From: Elusimicrobia bacterium GWA2_66_18
GTDB taxonomy: Bacteria; Elusimicrobiota; Elusimicrobia; UBA1565; UBA9628
Length of the DNA: 64,000 nt
NCBI GenBank assembly: GCA_001799675.1
Contig: MGTX01000004.1
Location: 157,591 to 221,590, forward strand
Direction of reading: 5' to 3'
Both the position numbers and the translations under genes were made by a program. Shown piece by piece: positions 26,373 through 34,275 of the stretch (position 1 is the stretch's first letter; each line of letters opens with the position of its first letter). The notes under the pieces were generated by a model. That model made no database searches. It was not told the DNA's origin and saw only the letters and a list, made by a program, of their open reading frames with translations.

Positions 26373-27263
26373 ATGAAGATCCCCCCGGCCCCATTGACCG
26401 CCCTCTCGCTGGCGATCCTCCTCGCCGGCGCGGCGCGCGCGAGCCGGACCCCCGACGGCCGCGAGATCATCGACGACTCTTACATGGGCCCCCTGAGGCC
26501 CGACCAGTGCCGCGCGAGCCAGTGCGCGTCGACCCCATCGGATCCCGTGACGGAGAGCGCCCTCTTGGCTGTCGGCCGCCGACAGCGGGCCGAGAGCGGG
26601 CTCATCGCGGGCGACCCCGACGTCATCGCCTTCGAGAACCGCATGAAGGCGGACGGAACCCTCAAAGACCTCATCCGCCGGCCCGACGGCGCGATCTACG
26701 TCTTCCCGGACGGGAAAGTCTCCTGGTCCGATTACGTGAGCCAGAACAACACCGTGCCCTGGGATCCGACCGCCTGCGCCGGCAATCCCGGTTGTCCGGC
26801 CCAGCTCAAGACCTATCTGGATAAGCAGGCGCAAGCGGACAAGGAGAAGAAGGACACCGCCGCCCGGGACAAGAATATGTTCCAAGCGAACATGTTCTCC
26901 CCGGACACGGACGCAGACAAGAGCAAGAGCCCGCCCCCCGCCCAAGACCCGTCCGCGGACCCCGATGCGGACGGCTTCTCGCTAGGAGAGGCGTTGGGCG
27001 GCGACCAGAACCTCTTCGCCGGCAACCAGGGCGACCAGAGCTCCGAGGCCGCCGCGTCCGTCGAGGGCGTCAACGAGGCCGGCACGGATCGTCCCGCGGG
27101 CGATTTCACCTACCTAAGGCTCCGTCAGGTCTCCGAGAAAACGAACAGCCTCCGGTCGCTCGATCCGGCGGCCGCCTCGCGCTTCTTCGACGGCAAGACC
27201 GCCGAGCGCGGCTCCCTCGACGAGAAGGACCCGGCGCGCTGGAAGACCGAGACCAACCGCTGA
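26373..27263 (+). CDS. Exported hypothetical protein, acidic low-complexity C-terminal half
   Basis: Signal peptide MKIPPAPLTALSLAILLAGAARA. No recognised domain. Confidence 0.5.
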   Translation: MKIPPAPLTALSLAILLAGAARASRTPDGREIIDDSYMGPLRPDQCRASQCASTPSDPVTESALLAVGRRQRAESGLIAGDPDVIAFENRMKADGTLKDLIRRPDGAIYVFPDGKVSWSDYVSQNNTVPWDPTACAGNPGCPAQLKTYLDKQAQADKEKKDTAARDKNMFQANMFSPDTDADKSKSPPPAQDPSADPDADGFSLGEALGGDQNLFAGNQGDQSSEAAASVEGVNEAGTDRPAGDFTYLRLRQVSEKTNSLRSLDPAAASRFFDGKTAERGSLDEKDPARWKTETNR

Positions 27264-27265
27264 CC

Positions 27266-27286
27266 GGGCAGGTCTAGAGACTGCCC
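27266..27286. terminator. Hairpin between convergent genes
   Basis: GGGCAG-gtctagaga-CTGCCC lies immediately after the stop at 27261-27263 and 17 nt before the stop of the minus-strand operon. Confidence 0.4.
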
Positions 27287-27302
27287 CAGGCCAAGAGAAG
27301 CT

Positions 27303-28547
27303 CTAAGGCTTGTAATAGCTTTCGCTCCAGCTTCCCCGCACCCAGCGTCCGTTGGCGCTCTCACCCGGGATGACGCCGAAATTGACGTCGAAGAAGAAGG
27401 TGGGATAAGCCACGCCGCCGGCGCCGTAGGGGTTGAGTATCCGAACCGTCTGGCCGACCACGCGCCCAAGAACTCGCTGATTGATGATGATGTCGTCCGC
27501 CGGGCAATAGAGGTCGATATAGGTCTTGTTGTCCGTCTTGGAGACCGCGGTGTAGCCGGAAACAGTCATCGTGCCGCCGCCCTGACCGTAGATGTGGACG
27601 TTATAGGCCCTACAGCCGCCGCCGGAGGCGATGCAGTGAAGGCTGCTGTCGATGGAACCTTGTGGACTGACGAAAAGGTTGCCGGCCAGGTAGATGGTGG
27701 CGACATCGGTGGGATTGTTTAAGTCGATCTTGAGGATCGCGCTCGAAACATTGATCCCCTTGAAATAGTAAGTACCCGAGCTCAAAGTGACGTTGCCGAT
27801 GGCCGGATTGACGGTGAGGATCATGGTCGTGGTGTTGTAGGCGGTAAAGGGGCTGATGTGGGCCGCGTTGTTGTCGTTGCTCGCCAGGAAAGCGCTTCCA
27901 TCCTCGATGGCCGCCGTGGAAGTCGTGAGCGCCAGAGAGACGCTCCCCGCGATGGTCGTCGCCGCGGGCGGCGTGCTCGTCTTGGTAGCGTAAATCGCAT
28001 CGCCGTTGATGCGGATCGCGCCGGCCGCCGTGATCACCGCGGTATTGGCGAGGACGTGCGCGCCGAACTGGCAGCCGTTGGAGTCCATAGCCGACAGCTT
28101 GCAGCTCGGCGTGCGGCCGGCGGTGGTGTTGGAATCATAGGCGGTCATGCCCCAGTTGACCGTGAAGGTGCTGGCGGAGAAATTCATGAAACCGCTGCGG
28201 GCCGCCTGAGCCTTGACGGTGCGCGCGGCGCGCCCCATGATGGGGATCGGCACGGAGTAGCCCGTGGAGGTGACCCAGGGCGCCTGGTCGGTGGAAAATG
28301 AAACCGTGTAGGATCCGCCCGCGAAGTTCTTCGAATAGGCGGTCTTCCAATTCGACGTAAGCTTGACTTTGTTCAGCCCGTCATCGAGGCCGGCCTCCGC
28401 GATGGCCTGGGCCTGGGCTTGGCGGGCCTCATAGACGGTCATGCGCACCTGGACGCGCAGCAGCGCGTAGGAGCCCGCGATCACGACGGCGAAGCCGAGG
28501 ACGGCCAGCACGGCGGCGGGCAAGGCGGCGCCGCGGCTTGAGTTCAT
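27303..28547 (-). CDS. PilX-like pilus-associated protein (414 aa)
   Basis: The N-terminus MNSSRGAALPAAVLAVLGFAVVIAGSYALL resembles the PilX N-terminal segment. Last gene of the pilus operon, with an ATGA-type overlap to the upstream pseudopilin. Confidence 0.5.
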   Translation of the reverse strand: MNSSRGAALPAAVLAVLGFAVVIAGSYALLRVQVRMTVYEARQAQAQAIAEAGLDDGLNKVKLTSNWKTAYSKNFAGGSYTVSFSTDQAPWVTSTGYSVPIPIMGRAARTVKAQAARSGFMNFSASTFTVNWGMTAYDSNTTAGRTPSCKLSAMDSNGCQFGAHVLANTAVITAAGAIRINGDAIYATKTSTPPAATTIAGSVSLALTTSTAAIEDGSAFLASNDNNAAHISPFTAYNTTTMILTVNPAIGNVTLSSGTYYFKGINVSSAILKIDLNNPTDVATIYLAGNLFVSPQGSIDSSLHCIASGGGCRAYNVHIYGQGGGTMTVSGYTAVSKTDNKTYIDLYCPADDIIINQRVLGRVVGQTVRILNPYGAGGVAYPTFFFDVNFGVIPGESANGRWVRGSWSESYYKP

Positions 28548-29104
28548 CGATTCCTCAACCAGGCTCCGGAGAGGATGCTGTAAGTCCTATCCTTGGAGGT
28601 CTTGCCCTGGACCGTCAAGACGAACTGGACGAGGGACGCATTGGACGCGGCGGTGGATTGGAAGATGAGGCCGCCGGCGTCGATCTCGAAATAGGAGACC
28701 GTCATGCTGGAGATGCCCGACGCCTGATCGTTGGCGAGGCCGCCCTCGGTCTTGACCAGGACGTTGGATGCGGCCACGCTGAAATCCACGTTCACCGGCC
28801 CCGGTACGACCAGTTCCAGGGTGGAGGTGGACAGCGAGCGCGCCTCCCTCGCCTCCTGGGCGGCCCAGACCATCCCGCGCTCGCCGCCCCAGTTCACCAA
28901 GGCCCGGCGGCTTTGCGCCAGCACCGCGCTTTGACGCGCGGTGTAGAGCGACCCCTTGGCCAGCGCCATGATCATGCGGGCGGCAACCAGGCCGGCCATG
29001 CCGAGGAGCAGCACGCCCACCATCAGCTCGGGGATCGTGAAGCCCCGGCTCAACGATTGGTTATGATGGTGTCGAGGCATATGGACTTTCGCTGCTTGCG
29101 CCAA
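28544..29104 (-). CDS. Minor pilin / pseudopilin with a prepilin N-terminal methylation site
   Basis: SLSRG|FTIPELMVGVLLLGMAGLV has G-1, F+1 and E+5. The start may be Met9 (29080). Confidence 0.7.
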   Translation of the reverse strand: MAQAAKVHMPRHHHNQSLSRGFTIPELMVGVLLLGMAGLVAARMIMALAKGSLYTARQSAVLAQSRRALVNWGGERGMVWAAQEAREARSLSTSTLELVVPGPVNVDFSVAASNVLVKTEGGLANDQASGISSMTVSYFEIDAGGLIFQSTAASNASLVQFVLTVQGKTSKDRTYSILSGAWLRNR

Positions 29105-29553
29105 CTGCAGATGGAGATCGCCTTGAAATCGGTCTTCGTGCCCGGAGACACGGGATCGAGGGTCGTGACGTCGACGTAGCGGACGGTGACGCTCGTGGTA
29201 TAGTCGGCGAACGCGCTCAAGACGTTCATGACCGGGTCGAGCGGCGGGCCCTCGGTCCAGGCTTGGAAGTCATCGATGTCGTCGAAGGTTCTCTTGTCGG
29301 AGGCGCTCTCCCCCGCGTCGAGGCCGACGGCGCTGCGGCTCTTCGTATAGTCGGACGGAGCGGGCGTGTTCTCGTCCCATCGGCGCAGGCGGACCTCTTC
29401 GAGCATCCTCTGGGAGAGATGGGTGGAAACGACCGAGGCCTCGCCGGCGGCGTTGGACTTCACCATCATGATGAGCGCCGCGTTGAGCGCGACCAGGGCG
29501 ACGCCGATGACGATCATCGTCAGCAGGGCTTCCAACAGCAGGAAACCCTTCAC
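29050..29553 (-). CDS. Minor pilin / pseudopilin (PilV/GspI-like)
   Basis: MKG|FLLLEALLTMIVIGVALVAL has G-1, F+1 and E+5. Confidence 0.7.
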   Translation of the reverse strand: MKGFLLLEALLTMIVIGVALVALNAALIMMVKSNAAGEASVVSTHLSQRMLEEVRLRRWDENTPAPSDYTKSRSAVGLDAGESASDKRTFDDIDDFQAWTEGPPLDPVMNVLSAFADYTTSVTVRYVDVTTLDPVSPGTKTDFKAISICSWRKQRKSICLDTIITNR

Positions 29554-29554
29554 G

Positions 29555-30196
29555 TTAGACGGACAAGTCGACGAGGTTATGCTTGATGGCGTAATACACC
29601 ACCTCGGCGTTGTTGCCCATGCCCATCTTCTGCAGGAGCCGGGCGCGGTTGGTGCTGACCGTCTTGACGCTCAGGCCCAGCTTCCGCGCGACCTCGGTCA
29701 CGCTGCGGCCCTGGGCGATGAACAGGAAGACCTGGTGCTCGCGGTTGGAAAGGGACTCGTGCGGCAGGCCCTCGCGCTTGCTCACGTCGGCGGCCAGGAA
29801 GTCGGCCAGCGCCGGGGTGATGTAGCGCGCGCCCGAGGCGACGGTCCTCACCGCTTCGACGAGTTTGGCGGGCGCGCTGTCCTTCGTGAGGTAGCCGGCG
29901 GCCCCCAGGCGCAGGGCGCGGACCGCGTACTGCTCCTCGGAGTATTCCGTCAGCACCAGCACCGGCAGGCGCGGGACATCGGCCTTGATCTGGCGCAGGG
30001 TCTCGAGCCCCCCCTGCCCCGGCATCGCAAGGTCGAGGGTGACGACGTCCCAACGCCGTCCGCCCCGGGACTTCATCATCATCTCCTCGCCCGTCTCGGC
30101 CTCATCGACGACGGCCATGTCCTTGGCGTCCGACAGAATCTGCCGGAGGCCGCAGCGAACGACGGGGTGGTCGTCGACGATGCAGACACGGATCAT
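29555..30196 (-). CDS. NarL/FixJ-type response regulator (REC + LuxR HTH)
   Basis: IVDDHPVV, VTLDLAMPG, GYLTKD, and the C-terminal LSNREHQVFLFIAQGRSVTEVARKLGLSVKTVSTNRARLLQKMG. Confidence 0.9.
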   Translation of the reverse strand: MIRVCIVDDHPVVRCGLRQILSDAKDMAVVDEAETGEEMMMKSRGGRRWDVVTLDLAMPGQGGLETLRQIKADVPRLPVLVLTEYSEEQYAVRALRLGAAGYLTKDSAPAKLVEAVRTVASGARYITPALADFLAADVSKREGLPHESLSNREHQVFLFIAQGRSVTEVARKLGLSVKTVSTNRARLLQKMGMGNNAEVVYYAIKHNLVDLSV

Positions 30197-30214
30197 CAGC
30201 CCTCCTCGCGCCCT

Positions 30215-30580
30215 TTAAGTCGGCACGAGGAGCGCCAACTTCTCCCGGATGACGTCCTTGGTGAAAGGCTTCGTGATAAAAACGTTGGCGCCGGCCTTGA
30301 TGGCTTTCTCCCGGTTATCGATATCGGTCTCGCTGGTCAACATCGCGATGGGGGTCGTCTTGAGCTTCTCGTCGGCGCGCATGGCCACGATAAATTCATA
30401 GCCGTTCATCTCGGGCATGTTCCAGTCCACGAGCACGGCAGTCAGCCCCACCTGGGACTTAGCCACCTCCAGCCCCACCTTGCCGTTGACGGCCTCTATG
30501 ACCTCGTGGCCCAGGTCCTTGAGCGCGGCTCCTATGATCTTCCTCATGGTCATAGAGTCATCAATCACCAATATCTTCAT
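30215..30580 (-). CDS. CheY-like single-domain response regulator
   Basis: Start at Met14 (MKILVIDDSMTMRK). Also VLVDWNMPEMNG, MLTSE and FITKPF. Confidence 0.85.
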   Translation of the reverse strand: MKILVIDDSMTMRKIIGAALKDLGHEVIEAVNGKVGLEVAKSQVGLTAVLVDWNMPEMNGYEFIVAMRADEKLKTTPIAMLTSETDIDNREKAIKAGANVFITKPFTKDVIREKLALLVPT

Positions 30581-30605
30581 TATGAATTCTCCGTTTGAGT
30601 GCGGT

Positions 30606-31823
30606 TCATTGTACCACACCTCCGAGCTGGAAGATGGGGATGAGCATCGAGATGGCGATGCCGCCGATGATGACTCCCAGGAAAACGACGAACATCGGCT
30701 CCAGGGCCGCGAAGAAATTGCGCATGGCCACGTCCACCTCGGCCTGGTAGTAGTCGGCGATGAAGGCGAGGGCCTCCGGCAGGCGCCCGCTCTTCTCCGC
30801 GCCCGCCACGACGTGCGCGACCATCTCCGGAATGTAATCGCTCGCGGCCAGGCTCGGCCATAGATTCTGGCCGGACTCGACCTGCGTGCGCATATGGCGG
30901 ATCACCCGCGCGATGACCTCGTTGCCGGCCGTCGCCTCGCAGAGATCCAGGCTCTTGAGAATGGGCACGTTCGCCCCGAGGAGCTCGCCGAGCGTGCGCA
31001 TGACGCGGGAGAGGACGATGCAGCGCACCAATTTGCCCGCGAAGGGCGCGGTCAGCATGAGCGTGTGGACGAGAAGGCGGTTGCGCTCCGCCTTCAGCCA
31101 CGCCCTCGCGCCGGCGATCGCGACGGCGGCGCCTCCCATCCAGATAACCCAATGGGCGCGCATGGCCCCCGAGAGCCAGATCAGGAACTTCGTCGAGATC
31201 GGGAGGGGCGCGTCGAACTGCTCGAAGACCTCGGCGAAGGTGGGAAGCACGAAGATGATCAGGCCCAGCACGACTAGGAAGGCCGTCCCCAGCACCACCG
31301 CCGGATAGACCATCGCCGAGTGGATGCGGGTGCGCACCCCCACCTTGAACTCGAGGTAACTCCTGATGCGCTCGAGCATCTTGGGGAGGGTCCCGCTGGC
31401 CTCCCCGGCCTCAAGAAGGCTCAGGTAGACGTTGTCGAAGACGTCGGGGTGGCGCCCGAAAGCGGCGGTCAGGCTGCTTCCGCCCCTGACCGCGTCGGCC
31501 ACGCTCTGAAGAGTCTCACGCAGGGCGGGGTTGGACTGCTGGCTGACGACGGTGGTCAGCGCGTCCAAGATCGGTATCGCCGCCCGGATCATCAAGGAGA
31601 GTTGGTTGTTGACGATCGCTACGTCCACGTCGCTCACGGCGTGCCGCCGGCCCATGCGCGCCACCCGGGGAGCTTGCGCGACCGGGGCCTGCGCCGGCTC
31701 CTTCTTATCGGATACGACCGAGACGGAGATCAGGAACTGGTTCTGCAGGCGCAGCATCTCGGTCAGGGCGGCCAGGTTAGCCGCGTTTGCCGAGCCCTCG
31801 CAGGCCTGGCCCCGCTTGTCCAT
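30606..31823 (-). CDS. Type IV pilus / T2SS platform protein (PilC/GspF family)
   Basis: 405 aa from the ATG at 31823. It has duplicated T2SSF domains (LSLMIRAAIPILDALTTV..., LGELLGANVPILKSLDLC...) and three TM segments. The rest of track ORF 30606..33263 is over-extension. Confidence 0.85.
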   Translation of the reverse strand: MDKRGQACEGSANAANLAALTEMLRLQNQFLISVSVVSDKKEPAQAPVAQAPRVARMGRRHAVSDVDVAIVNNQLSLMIRAAIPILDALTTVVSQQSNPALRETLQSVADAVRGGSSLTAAFGRHPDVFDNVYLSLLEAGEASGTLPKMLERIRSYLEFKVGVRTRIHSAMVYPAVVLGTAFLVVLGLIIFVLPTFAEVFEQFDAPLPISTKFLIWLSGAMRAHWVIWMGGAAVAIAGARAWLKAERNRLLVHTLMLTAPFAGKLVRCIVLSRVMRTLGELLGANVPILKSLDLCEATAGNEVIARVIRHMRTQVESGQNLWPSLAASDYIPEMVAHVVAGAEKSGRLPEALAFIADYYQAEVDVAMRNFFAALEPMFVVFLGVIIGGIAISMLIPIFQLGGVVQ

Positions 31824-31846
31824 GGTGCGGAACTTAAAGCGTGGAA

Positions 31847-33550
31847 TTAGCTCACCACCTGCGTCACGCGCAGGATCTCGTCTAGGCTCGTCGCCCCGCT
31901 CTCGGCCAGCGCGAGCGCCGACTCCTGGAGGGTGATCATCTTGTCGGCGCGCGCGGCGGCGCGCAGGTCGTCGAGACTGGCTCCCCGCATGATCCCATCG
32001 CGCGCGAGCGCGCCGAGGGAGAATATCTCGAAGACGGGGACGCGCCCGGCATAGCCGGTCTTGAAGCAGTCCTCGCAGCCGACGGCCGCCTGAAAGCGCT
32101 TGCCGTCGATGGCCGCGCCGAGAAGGGCGCGCTCCTCGGCCGTCGGCTCGGCGAAACGGCGGCAGGACTCGCACAGGCGCCGCAACAGGCGCTGGGCGAC
32201 GACCATGCGCAGGGCGGCCGCCAGCATGAAGGGCTGCACGCCCATGTTGAGCAGGCGGTGCACCGCGGCCACCGAGTCGTTGGTGTGGAGCGTGCTCATC
32301 ACCAGATGGCCGGTCACCGCGGCCTGCACGGCGATCTCCGCCGTCTCGATGTCTCGGATCTCGCCGACGAGCACGATGTTGGGATCCTGGCGCAGGATGG
32401 CCCGCAGACCGACGGCGAAGGTCAAGCCGGTCTTGGCGTTGGTCTCGACCTGGGTCAAACGGTCGATGCGGTACTCGACCGGGTCCTCCAGGGTGATGAT
32501 GTTCACCCTGGGAGTGTTGAGTTCGGACAGCGCGCTGAAGAGAGTGCTCGTCTTGCCGCTGCTCGTGGGGCCCGTGACCAGCACGAGACCGTTGGGCTGG
32601 TGGATGTTGACGCGAAAGCGCTGCGTCTGCTCCTCGGTCATGCCCAAATCGTCCACGCGTTTGAGCTTTCCGCTGAGGAGCAGACGCATCGTGATCTTCT
32701 CGCCGTAGATGGAGGGCAGCGTGGAAACGCGCACATCCATGGAAACCCCCTCTTCGAGTTCCTGGCGGAAGCGCCCATCCTGCGGGACGCGGGTCTCGGT
32801 GATGTCGAGCTTGGACAAAATCTTGATGCGCGCCGCGATCGTCGACTCCGCCTCCTTGGGCAGGGCGTGGGCGTCGAGGAGGACGCCGTCGATGCGATAG
32901 CGAACGCGCACCTTGTCCTTGGCCGACTCGATGTGAATGTCGCTGGCCTTGCGCGCGTAGCCCTCCCGCATGATGGACTCGACGGCGGCGATCGCGCCCT
33001 GATCGTCGACCGTTCCTTCGGGACGATTCTCCAGCTGCAGGACGAAATCCTCGACGGGCAGGTCGGCGACGAGTTGGGCGCCCGTGGCGAAGAGGTGGTC
33101 GAGGGCCTTGTCGAGGGCGGTGCGCGTGGTCAAGAGCGGCAGGACCTGCCCCCCCAGCTTGGCGCGGACCTGCGCCAGGCATTCCTCGTCGAGGGGGTCG
33201 ATCATCGCCAGCATGACCGTGTCGTCGGCCTTGCTCAGCGGGACCACCCCCATGCGCCGGCAATCCTCCTCCGGCAGGAGCTCCTTGACCGCTTGGTCCA
33301 TCACCGATTCGAGGCTGGTGAAATACGGCAGGCCCATCTTGAGGCTGACGACCTTAAGGAAGTCCTCATCGCCGAGCAGTCCGATGATGGACAGCACGGT
33401 GGGGAGATCTTCGCCCGTCTGGGTGCAGCGCTCCAGAGCCCGGGACAGGCCCGACTTGTCGATAACGCCTGACTCCAGCAGGATCGAGCCCAGCCGCGCG
33501 GCGTGCGAACTGGAAGCCTCTTGAGAAGGGGGGACGGACGGCTCGCTCAC
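31847..33550 (-). CDS. Type IV pilus / T2SS assembly ATPase (PilB/GspE family) with a T2SSE_N (MshEN-like) domain
   Basis: GTG start in a GTGA overlap with the upstream stop. Walker A GPTSSGKTST, Asp box/Walker B VGEIRD, His box TGHLVMSTLHTND, and tetracysteine CESC...CEDC. Confidence 0.9.
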   Translation of the reverse strand: MSEPSVPPSQEASSSHAARLGSILLESGVIDKSGLSRALERCTQTGEDLPTVLSIIGLLGDEDFLKVVSLKMGLPYFTSLESVMDQAVKELLPEEDCRRMGVVPLSKADDTVMLAMIDPLDEECLAQVRAKLGGQVLPLLTTRTALDKALDHLFATGAQLVADLPVEDFVLQLENRPEGTVDDQGAIAAVESIMREGYARKASDIHIESAKDKVRVRYRIDGVLLDAHALPKEAESTIAARIKILSKLDITETRVPQDGRFRQELEEGVSMDVRVSTLPSIYGEKITMRLLLSGKLKRVDDLGMTEEQTQRFRVNIHQPNGLVLVTGPTSSGKTSTLFSALSELNTPRVNIITLEDPVEYRIDRLTQVETNAKTGLTFAVGLRAILRQDPNIVLVGEIRDIETAEIAVQAAVTGHLVMSTLHTNDSVAAVHRLLNMGVQPFMLAAALRMVVAQRLLRRLCESCRRFAEPTAEERALLGAAIDGKRFQAAVGCEDCFKTGYAGRVPVFEIFSLGALARDGIMRGASLDDLRAAARADKMITLQESALALAESGATSLDEILRVTQVVS

Positions 33551-34275
33551 CGCTTGACACCCTGGGCGACGCTCCCGCGGATCAAGCGAGCCGCGGCCAC
33601 GAAGTCCACCGGCTTGAGAATGCGCTCCGCGTCGCCGATGCCGGCGCGCACGGCCTCGGCGGTATCCTGCACCAGCACGAAAAGCCTGCCGCCGCGCGCG
33701 AGTTGGACGCGCACGGCGCGGACGATGGCCGTCCCGTCGTTGCCCGTCGCCGCCAGGTCGAGAACCGCGAGGACGGGCGGCCGGCGCGCGGCCAGCGCCG
33801 CCGCGTCGATGCCGTCTGCGCAGCGCTCGGCCTCGAAGCCCCTGGTCTTGAGCATGCTCTCGAAGACGCGGGCCAGGGCTCCGTCGGCCGAGCAGACCAG
33901 CGCGCGGGGACGCGATGCCGCGTCGACGGCGGGAGCGGGGACGGTCCCCGGCCCCGCTCCTTGCAGCGCCGCGGGCGGCGGCCCCGCTACGTCGAGGGCC
34001 GCGCGCGCGACCAGGGCCTGGCGCGTCTCCTCGGCCTGACGCTCGAGGGCGACGAGACGCACGCGCAGCTCCTCCAAATCCTTGATCCGCCGCAAGGAGC
34101 TCTCCTCGCCGTGACGCCGCATCTCGCGCACGGCCGCGAGGCGACGCTCGCGCCAATAAGCGATGGCGGCCACGGTCAACACGAGGAGCAGCGCGGCGGT
34201 CGCCGCCCCTACGATGAAAGCGTCTCCATCCACGCCGAAGCCGGAGAGACGCAGCGCGAGCGCCTCGAAGCTCAC
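33547..34275 (-). CDS. Membrane-anchored coiled-coil protein with a C-terminal receiver (REC) domain
   Basis: TM helix FIVGAATAALLLVLTVAAIAYW and coiled coil IKDLEELRVRLVALERQAEE. The REC-like part is ALVCSADG...VLAVLDLAATGNDG...ILKPVD. Confidence 0.65.
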   Translation of the reverse strand: MSFEALALRLSGFGVDGDAFIVGAATAALLLVLTVAAIAYWRERRLAAVREMRRHGEESSLRRIKDLEELRVRLVALERQAEETRQALVARAALDVAGPPPAALQGAGPGTVPAPAVDAASRPRALVCSADGALARVFESMLKTRGFEAERCADGIDAAALAARRPPVLAVLDLAATGNDGTAIVRAVRVQLARGGRLFVLVQDTAEAVRAGIGDAERILKPVDFVAAARLIRGSVAQGVKR

